A stretch of DNA of 60,489 nt. Origin: Clostridia bacterium (GTDB lineage Bacteria; Bacillota; Clostridia; Oscillospirales; QAKW01). Below are positions 49,304 through 58,200 of the stretch, one piece after another. Numbering within the stretch: the first letter of the stretch is position 1; each line of letters starts with the position of its first letter. The stretch covers positions 1 to 60,489 of the forward strand of contig JAFZEA010000008.1 of assembly GCA_017560905.1 (NCBI GenBank). The letters are read 5' to 3'. Under the pieces are notes generated by a model. The model saw only the letters and a list, made by a program, of their open reading frames with translations, was not told the DNA's origin and searched no databases. Both the position numbers and the translations under genes were made by a program.

Positions 49304-49909
49304 AATATACCTCCTAAATTTATTAATTATATAATAACAAAACCGCACAAAATTGTCAAAATTTATTTTCCCTTTTTTGCCACGTTGACAACAAAAGTAC
49401 CATAAGTTAAAATGTGTCAACCGCATTTAGTGCAAGGATCGTCAAGTCAAGGGGTGAGAATATTAAAAACTTTACTATAAAAACACCCAAAGGACCCGAC
49501 CGTGTCAGACTTCGTCCCGTTGTCATATTCGGCTCTGAGGGAACAGATGGCATCATTTGTATGACAAGGATGTTGCTGGATGCTTTTGTCACCGAAGCGG
49601 CGCTCACTGTCCCGGGGACAAAATGCCGCATCCCCGATGAACAAAGCGGAAAAAGTGACGTCTTTTTCTATCCCAACGGACTTATTAACTATGTCGGCGG
49701 CCAACCCTTTATCAAAGAGATCGAGGCCACGGGGCAAGACAGATACAACAAACGGTCTGCCTTACCGCCCTCAAAGATCCGATCGATTTACTCGCACAGA
49801 TCCTCATTGCGCGGTGCCGCACACTCCGGCGCATCTATACCCAAAGCATAGGTAAGCGAAGTGCATATTCCGTCCAAAGAATTTTGATTTAACAGTACAA
49901 ACCTCTTTC

Positions 49910-51070
49910 TTATTTTTTCTCGGAAGCGCGGCATAATACGCCGTCCTCTCCCAGCACCAAAGGCACAATCTCATATTTGGTATACTTTGCAATCTCTTCA
50001 AGCTTTGTCTTTTCGGCAAAGTTGGCCAGCATAGAAAACACTACGCCTTTTTTCTGCGCACGTCCCGTTCGCCCGATGCGATGGATATAGTATTCGATCT
50101 CCTCAGGAATATCGAAATTCAGCACACAATCCACGTCGTCCACATCAATGCCTCTGGAAGCCACATCAGTGGCAACCAACACGGTGATTTTACTGTCACG
50201 GTATTTCTGCATGGTTTTTTCACGCTTGCTTTGCGGGATGTCGCCGTGGAGGCAATCGCAGTTGACTCCGCCCTTTTGAAGCGAGTCGCTCAGACGCTGA
50301 CACATCGCTTTGGTATTACAAAAAACGATCACACGCTCAAAGGGGCCTTCCTTGATCATGGTGAGAGTTGACTCAACTTTTTTAAACGGCGGCACCGTAA
50401 CCGAATATTGATCGATGTCCGGCCGATCCTTCTGCTTGGGCTCAACGGTGATCTCCACCTCGTCGCGCTGGTATTTCCAGGAAACGTCCATAACCTCACG
50501 GCTGATGGTGGCGGAAAACAGACCCAAATTACGGCGATTTTTCACCATATCCAAAATGCGGGTCACGTCTTTGTAAAAGCCCATATCCAGCATCCGATCC
50601 GCCTCGTCCAGCACGACCGTCTGAATGTGATCAAAGCGAAGATTGCGGCGCTTGTGATGATCCATCAGCCGACCGGGAGTCGCCACGATGATCTGCGGCT
50701 TTTTCTCCAGCTGACGAGCCTGTCCCACCAGGCCTGCGCCGCCGTACAGCACTGCCACACGAATGCCCCGATAATAGGTCAACAAACCTCTGAGCTCCTC
50801 CCCGATCTGCATAGCCAGCTCTCTGGTAGGTGCCAGAATCAAGCCTTGTATTTCCTCTCTTTGGGCATCGATATGCTCGATCATCGGAATACCGAAAGCA
50901 AAGGTCTTTCCCGTACCGGTAGGCGCCTTGGCAACGACATCCTTCCACGCCAAAAAGTGCGGAATGGCAAGCTGCTGCACCGTAGTGGGATAGGCATAAC
51001 CCTTATTCTCCAATGCCCCGAGCATTTCTTTTGAAAGTCCGAGATCTTTAAACATCAAATCATTTTCCAT
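49910..51070 (-). CDS. DEAD-box RNA helicase
   Basis: Q motif, APTGTGKT, PTRELA, LDEAD, SAT, HRIGRTGR; no long C-terminal extension. Confidence 0.96.
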   Translation of the reverse strand: MENDLMFKDLGLSKEMLGALENKGYAYPTTVQQLAIPHFLAWKDVVAKAPTGTGKTFAFGIPMIEHIDAQREEIQGLILAPTRELAMQIGEELRGLLTYYRGIRVAVLYGGAGLVGQARQLEKKPQIIVATPGRLMDHHKRRNLRFDHIQTVVLDEADRMLDMGFYKDVTRILDMVKNRRNLGLFSATISREVMDVSWKYQRDEVEITVEPKQKDRPDIDQYSVTVPPFKKVESTLTMIKEGPFERVIVFCNTKAMCQRLSDSLQKGGVNCDCLHGDIPQSKREKTMQKYRDSKITVLVATDVASRGIDVDDVDCVLNFDIPEEIEYYIHRIGRTGRAQKKGVVFSMLANFAEKTKLEEIAKYTKYEIVPLVLGEDGVLCRASEKK

Positions 51071-51253
51071 AGTTTTTCTTCCTTTTTTCTCATTGCTTTC
51101 ATTTTAGCACCATTTCGGAGTTAACGCAACCGTTCCGACGAAAAACCTACAATAATCCGCAAAAATTCTCTTCACCCACGACATACATGCGCTCTCTTTC
51201 TTCAACTTCTAAAGAAAGCCGCCCTGCAATGCAGGGCGGCCTTTGGCAGCATA

Positions 51254-51607
51254 TCATTTTCTATTTTCTTTTGCAGTTTTAATTGAAGCAATCAGTAAAA
51301 TTCTGATAGTAGAGCAGGTTTTGTTGATTTTCTTATATGTTGATTCATCTATATAGGCGGTTTTATGTAGCATTTCAAGCCATTTGCCCGTTTCACTTGC
51401 TTCTTTTAAAGCGATTTCAAGTTTAGCAATAAAATCAGCACGACTATGACCATATTTGCTCTCGGCAATGTTCGCACAAACGCTTGTGGCACTTCTGCCA
51501 ATTTGATTTGAAATGATAGTTTCTTTTTTATGTCGCAGTTCTTTTACCAAATTCAGAGCATCAACAGATAATTGCATTGACAAATCGGAAAGTTTATCTT
51601 CTTTCAT
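51254..51607 (-). CDS. Four helix bundle protein (23S rRNA IVP-like family)
   Basis: NQIGRSATSVCANIAESKYGHSRADFIAKLEIALKEASET..WL; GAGGTG RBS before ATG 51607. Confidence 0.92.
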   Translation of the reverse strand: MKEDKLSDLSMQLSVDALNLVKELRHKKETIISNQIGRSATSVCANIAESKYGHSRADFIAKLEIALKEASETGKWLEMLHKTAYIDESTYKKINKTCSTIRILLIASIKTAKENRK

Positions 51608-51632
51608 TTCTATCACCTCAGGCTTGTTATAC

Positions 51633-51822
51633 CATACGTTTGCGTGAAGCACAATAACGTTTGCCGAAGGCAACACTGTTTATGCGAAGCATAACACTGT
51701 TTGCGATTTGTCGCAACTTCGTTTTGTGTCCGCTTGTGCCATCAACGATGTTCTCGCTTTTGCTCGAAATGATGTTTACAACTAAAGTTGCAAAACAATG
51801 TTGTGTCCTGCGGACACAAACA
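51633..51822. repeat. Motif-and-hairpin array C (AACATCGTT-like / AACGATGTT)
   Basis: AATAACGTT, AACACTGTT x2 and AACTTCGTT separated by hairpins, then AACGATGTT, AATGATGTT and AACAATGTT separated by hairpins. Confidence 0.75.
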
Positions 51823-51832
51823 CCACCAAACA

Positions 51833-51861
51833 AAAAACCGACCCTATTGGGTCGGTTTTTT
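51833..51861 (-). terminator. Terminator of the tRNA operon
   Basis: AAAAAACCGACCC-TATT-GGGTCGGTTTTTT. Confidence 0.85.
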
Positions 51862-51864
51862 GTT

Positions 51865-51949
51865 TGGTGGGAGCGGGTGGATTCGAACCACCGAAGTCGT
51901 CGACAACAGATTTACAGTCTGCCCCATTTGGCCACTCTGGAACACTCCC
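51865..51949 (-). tRNA. tRNA-Tyr (GTA)
   Basis: GGGAGTGTTCCAGAGTGGCCAAATGGGGCAGACTGTAAATCTG...GGTTCGAATCCACCCGCTCCCACCA; long variable arm, encoded CCA. Confidence 0.97.
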
Positions 51950-51953
51950 ATTT

Positions 51954-52028
51954 TGGAGCTGGTGAACGGAGTCGAACCATCAACCTGCTGATTACAAATC
52001 AGCTGCTCTGCCATTGAGCCACACCAGC
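51954..52028 (-). tRNA. tRNA-Thr (TGT)
   Basis: GCTGGTGTGGCTCAATGGCAGAGCAGCTGATTTGTAATCAGCAGGTTGATGGTTCGACTCCGTTCACCAGCTCCA. Confidence 0.97.
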
Positions 52029-52057
52029 ACGCGTTCACCATATGTGGAACATATAAG

Positions 52058-52086
52058 ATTATACATAGTTTTTAAGGATTTGTCAA
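52058..52086 (-). promoter_or_regulatory. Consensus sigmaA promoter of the tRNA operon
   Basis: TTGACA-17 nt-TATAAT on the minus strand. Confidence 0.9.
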
Positions 52087-52101
52087 GTGTTTTTTTAAAG
52101 G

Positions 52102-52142
52102 AAAAATCCTCCGAGAAAATAAGCATTTCTCGGAGGATTTTT
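52102..52142 (-). terminator. Terminator after the giant protein and peptide
   Basis: AAAAATCCTCCGAGAAA-loop-TTTCTCGGAGGATTTTT. Confidence 0.85.
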
Positions 52143-52156
52143 AGGTATTGTTTTGT

Positions 52157-52273
52157 TTAACCGAAAGGATCCTCGATCACAATTGAGTTGACACCTTCAA
52201 TGGTGAGGTTCATTTGTACTTCTGCATCAAGCTCGGTGATCTCAATTTCGGGTGCGGTATATTCTTTCTTCAT
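52157..52273 (-). CDS. 38-aa peptide with YxxP leader-like motif
   Basis: Below ORF-track cutoff: MKKEYTAPEIEITELDAEVQMNLTIEGVNSIVIEDPFG; starts 2 nt after the giant gene stop, GAGG RBS, lies before the terminator. Confidence 0.7.
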   Translation of the reverse strand: MKKEYTAPEIEITELDAEVQMNLTIEGVNSIVIEDPFG

Positions 52274-52275
52274 AA

Positions 52276-55200
52276 TTACTCAGCCTCAGATACCAGAGTA
52301 ACCACGTCGCTGTATACCGTGTGGCTGACACCGGAAACCTCATAGGTCAGATACATTCTGCCGTAGCGGCTGACACCGTAACCTACGTTGTGCATACGCA
52401 GTGAGTAGATCAGGTTAACGCTGTCCAGACCGGTTGCATTGTTCTCGTAAGATTCTTTCTGTCCGACAGTCTTGCCGCCAATGCTGTAGGTGGCAACCGT
52501 CTTGCTATCGCCGGTAGCTACGTAAGCGGCACAAGCCTCATCGGTAACCGCCTCGGCAGTGTTGCCATAGAACATACCGTAATCGGTGATCTTAAAGTTG
52601 GTCTTGGCGAGCAGATCGGAAATATCGTTGCCGTTGGTGGAAACGATACGTCCCTCCCAATAGGTGGAGAAGGGCTTGGTGTAACCTGCGCCTGTCTCAT
52701 CTTCGACACGGCAATTTTCGTCAAGGATGTCAACACCGATGGGTGCTCTGACAATAGTAACGGTGTAGGTATCGCCGATTACAGTGCCGTCACCCTGTGT
52801 CAGAACAGCGGTAACGGTAGTGGTCTCGCCGGTCAAGGGGAATCCGTTGTAGTAGTAAACTGTATTTTCACCGTCAACCACAGCAGCGCGGATCATCATA
52901 CCCTTAGCAGTATTAAATTTGTAGTAATCGCTCGCAGTGGAGATGTCGGTGATCAGCAGATTCTCAGTATCAGCTACGCTACTGCCGGAGAGAGGAGCAT
53001 CGATGATGGAGAACTGATCACTGTTATCCTCGTTGGCTTTATAAGAAGTGCCGTCGGGATAGATAATGGTACTGGTGACATCACCGTCGGTCAGTACTAC
53101 GGGAACTGCACTTCCGTTTGCACGAACTGCAATGCCGGTACCGTCGTGTTCGGTCAGACCATAGGTCTGACGGAAGCCGTCAAAGATGTTGCCTGCAGCA
53201 ACGATCGCAACATCGGTTTCATTGATAATTGCATACTTGACGGGTGCGGTATCAGTATTGATAAAGGTGTTGCCCAAAATGGTAACAACATCGGCCAGCC
53301 CGGCAATGCGCAGGAAACCGTTAACGGTTTCGCAGCCTTCTGCCGTTTCAAGAGTATTGTTGGTAATGCTGATAACAGAACCTTCCATATTGGTTGCTGC
53401 AACAGTATCAACGATTATGCCGTAAAGGTCGCCTTCGGTTGCAACGATATGGTTGTTATCGATAGAAGCATTGAGGACAACAGGAGTTGTGGTGTTGAGA
53501 TCGGCCAAGTTAACGGCGCCGCCAACGATGGAGTTACCGCTGACAACAACACCGAAATCATTTTCAATGTTGCTCGTACCGTCGGAAGAAGCAGGAGAAA
53601 CATAAACAGCAGATGCAGCTGCGCCAACTTCAACGTAGTTGTTGGTCATAACCATATCTTCGATATGTCTTCCGACAAACATATGTCCTACAGAATCAGC
53701 GGTCATTACCAAATAGTTGTCATGAATCTCGGCTTCGCTTCTGACAGTGGTCTTAAAGCCGAAGGGCTGCCCATTTTCTTCATGCTGTTCGATGGGACGG
53801 GCAAGGTCGGTGGAGCAGTTGATGAGGATAAACTTATCAACAACTCCTGTTCTTGCGGTGCCGGTGTCGGTAACAACGGACTCGCCGGCAAAGGTTACAC
53901 CGTCAATGGTCACACTGTTCTGATAGTCGATATTCAGAGAAACGTTATAGAATACGGTTTCCTTGGACAGATCGGCACGAGCGGGGTTCATAGCATCAGC
54001 AACACCGTCAACATTGGTATCCGCAACGGCACTGATGCCGCTCTGTGCGCCATAGAAGATGTTGTGAATGCCGCTGGAGGTGGAATCGCCGATAGATTCG
54101 GAAACTCCTGCATACTCTTTTGCAAACAGATAGATATGTCTTTCGTTGTCAACAACGGGAACAGCGGCGATCGTTCCGAAGATGTTCTCGCCAACTACGA
54201 AGTTGACCAATGTATCTGCGCCGTTAATATTGACGGTCTTGGCATAGTTCAAGCCATCAAAGTGATTCTTGACAGCAGGATCAAAGAACTGCTTACCTGC
54301 AAGAGGCGTTTCGTTTACGTTTACTGAGCCCCGCAGCTGACCGGCCACACCTACGGTGTAAGTAACCGTACGATTGAGATTCTTGTGAGCAACGACCATC
54401 TTAAAGATATCACCGGGTTGGATGGTTTCGCTAACGACGGAGCCATCCATATTGGCAAAGCTGTAAATATAGGCGTTGTCCGAACCGAATTCGGTTTTTT
54501 CATTGATTTCGGAAACGGTCAGATCGTCGGTATAGTCTATCAATGCAATGTTTCCGTCGGAGATATCGCTGTATACCTCAGTACCGTCATTGTCAAAGGA
54601 CAGCGGATCGGCCGTCACATATTTGATGGGGCGATAGTCACTGGCGCGGATAGAGAAATCGTCGCTCAGGATAACGTCGGACATAGTAACCTTGCCCAGT
54701 TTGGGAGCAATAAAAGTGCCGTCGAGATCCTTATAGATGTTATCGGAAACGTCTACGTTGGCGCTCATACCGCCGAACAGAACGCTCTTAACACCGTAGC
54801 CTACAAATACGTTACCGGAAATATCAACGCTGCGATATTCGCCGGAACCGGCATCGATAACGCCACCGAAATCGGAAGCGGTGGGATAAGAAGACGCGGT
54901 CACCTCGTTGTTGGTAAAGGTGATCTCTGTGATGGCCATATTCTCAGCACCGGCAGAGAAAGAAGAATACAGAGGATCGCGGGTGTTATTGCCGGCTGCA
55001 GGGTCAATACCGCAATCAACAGCCTTGTTGTTGTTAAAGGTGATCTCGATCTTGTTACGGGTCTCAGCGGTAATGTTCTCGGTACCGTCGTGATATACAC
55101 CGTACAGATAGTTGCTGGGCATATTCAGGTAGCTGTTTTCACAGGTATAGCTGATGTCGTGCTTACTGGCATTGTTATAGCCGGTGGTGGGGTTAATATA

Positions 55201-58200
55201 GAAACCAACCAGATCCTCAGTTCTATCATTCTTATTAATAATGATAGCAGAATCGTCAATGTGGATCTCATCAGTGTTTACCTTACCGAGATTTACCCAA
55301 GTGGTATCCGTAGGATCAGCCTGGAGGTAAGTGCTGTTGATGTTCAGGATCATGTGCATCTTAGCAGTGTTCTTGGTAATGTCGGTGCCGACACTGCCGG
55401 ACTGAGCTCTGAAGCTGAACAGACCGTTACTGGCGCTGGCAACCTTGTAATCAACAATCAGACAGTTTTCAAAGGTAAAGGTTGCAGTGTTATTGTTGCT
55501 GTAAACGTAGGAAGCGTTGGTATCGTGGTGAGTACCGAAGTTGACAGCACCGGTACCGGCAATACCGTCGATAATGACCTCGTCATTATCGTCCAAAATA
55601 CCGTTCATGATGTAGAAGCTGATAGAAAATACAGCTTCGTTAGCAGTATCGGTAATGTCACGCAGAGCTGCACCGGTTGCGGTGTCAGCAGCGGCTACAC
55701 CGGCCTGGGGACCCAGAACGACAACCTTATCGGTTGCAACACCGGGACGAGCGATACCGAAGTTAGAGCTGTTACCGCCGGAAGCATACAGACCCTCGTT
55801 GCTATAACCGGTCTTCATATTGTAAACACCGGGGAAGACCAGAACGGTAGATGCACCGGAGGTATTGGCGCGGTACATATTGATGGCGGTTACGCCATAG
55901 GTGAACTTATAAACAATGCCGGTGGTGGGCATTTTAGCATAGAACTTAGTGCCTTCCTGCATTTCGAGGAAATCACCGTCAGCTGTAGGAGCAGTGGCTT
56001 CCATCAGTTCGGGATGGGTGGCGCGGTTGATGGGATCGGTCAGAGCTTCGTCGGTGTAAGCAAACGTTGTCCAGTCGGGAGCCACGGCAACGAATACGCC
56101 TTCATTGGCGTTGGCACGACCCTCATACAGAGCAGAGGTAGTAATGTCGATGTAGGTCTCACCTGCTACATAGCCCAGACCGTTATTCTCCCAAGGATTG
56201 GAGGAATATACGTCAACTGTCCAGGTAACGGTGTAGCCTTTATAGGTTACGGGAACGGTCAATACGTCGCCGGAAACTGCGGAGTAAACACCGTTAGCCA
56301 GAGTACCGCCGTTGGAATCGAGAGTGATCTCACCGATGGTGCCGCCGTTAGCTGCAAAAGCGGTGGCAACATTGTACTGTCTGCCGCCGGCGGCAGTGAT
56401 GGTGGCTTCGAACTCGTCCAGATCGCCGTAGGCTTTATCCAGAACGATCTCTTCAAATTCGCCCTTGCGCAGGTTGAACTTGCTCATATCAATGGTCTCG
56501 GTCCCATTCTCATCCGTCCAGTAGATGGAGGACTTTTCAAAACCGGAACCGTAGAATTCATCATTGGTATTCAGAACATAAAGCTCGTTATTAACGGAAT
56601 AGAAGTTATTGTCTACGTTCACGTTGCTATCGGGCTTGAAGTTCCAGGGCCAGGGGTAGTTGTACAGCTTGTTGCCGCTGACATCCCGAACCTTATGCTT
56701 GGCGCCATTGTTTGCTTCACCGATGACCCATGTGTCGGCGAAGTTTTCACTCTTGACAACGTTGTTCTTGAAGGTAATACCAACGGAGTTATCAGGTGTC
56801 TCCTGATTGGTAGAAGTCTGAATGATGTAAGCACCGTCCCAATTGTTAAAGGTGTTGCCTACAAAGTATAACTGATGGCCCTTGGCCAGCAGATCGCCGT
56901 TGGGAATGTCTTTGTAAGCACCGGTGAACCAAGGCTTTGCGGTGCTGGTGCCGTCAATGTAGCAGCCTTCCATAAACCAACCGATGGTCAGAGAAGGTAC
57001 GGACATACCGGCAGGATCTATGGGATAGTAGGAAACACCACTTTTCTTGGGATTGATGTTTGCAATGGTACAATCCTTAAAGCGGATGTAGGTAGCCTGA
57101 ACGTACATATTATAGTTGACTTTGCTGGAATCGGTAAAGTAGCTGTCGTTTACGTAGATCGGGCAGTTGTTGGCACCATAATCTTTGTACTCCGGGTCGG
57201 TCTTGGGAGCGGATATCAGGTTATGACCGCTGGACTTAATGTACATATCTGCCATATTCAGACGGGAATGTCTTTGATTACCATATCTACCGTCAACAAC
57301 TATAGTGTGTGTGACGCCGCCCTCCTGATTTGCGGTCAGACCACTCAGTGTGAGGAAGGTGTAGGTGGACCACTCAGTATCAAGCACGATTTTGCCGATG
57401 ATAGCTTCTGTAGCAGGATCAACGGAACGATCAGCAGACAGGTCAGCGGAGCCCTCAACGGTGGGATCAACGCCGAACTTGGGACCTACGATAGCAACAC
57501 TGTCCTTAACGTTTAAAGTTGTGGTATGGGTACCGGGCATTAAAAGGATAACTTCCTCCAAAAATGCAGGATCAGTGTCCAGGGCATTTTCAATGTGAGG
57601 AACATCGACGGCTTCATATGCCTTTGCCATACTGACGTAGAAATCAGCGTTATCAGCAGTGTAGGTGTCACCGTTAAAGGTATAGGTACCTACACCGGTG
57701 GGGTCTACAATGAGATATTTGGTGGGCTCGTTGAGGCTGTATACCACGATAGCATGGGTATTTCCGGCCTCATACTGTGCCTTAACGTACAGGGGGCCAT
57801 CTGCGCTGAAGCCCTTTTCGATAGTTGCAACAGAGTCGGTACAGGCAGGATCGCTGAATACACCCAGATACTCAACGCCCTCATCCTTGAAGACAAAGAG
57901 GTCCTCGGTATTGTAGGTCACACCGTCTTCGGGAAGAACGGTGATAGAACCGACAGTTTCAGTACCGAATTTTTCAATGTAGTAGGTGTTATAGCCGTCC
58001 AGTACAGGAACGATCAGAGAGTTGAGTACCAGCAGGTCCTGCGTGGTCTCCTGTACGGTGAACAGATCGAAAACACCCGCATCCTTGTTGTCGGATGCAT
58101 AAACATCATTTAGAACAGAAGGTTTTGAGGTAGGACGAAGGGCAAGCTCGTTTGTGCGAGGCATACGGATCTGGCCGTCGTGCGACATAAACAGGTTGGC

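Noticed and set aside
51254-51607. Diversity-generating retroelement (Avd-like gene)
   Set aside because: No reverse transcriptase and no TR/VR pair differing at adenines was found in the window.
51100-52030. Prophage or ICE integrated at tRNA-Tyr
   Set aside because: No integrase and no duplicated tRNA 3' end seen downstream.
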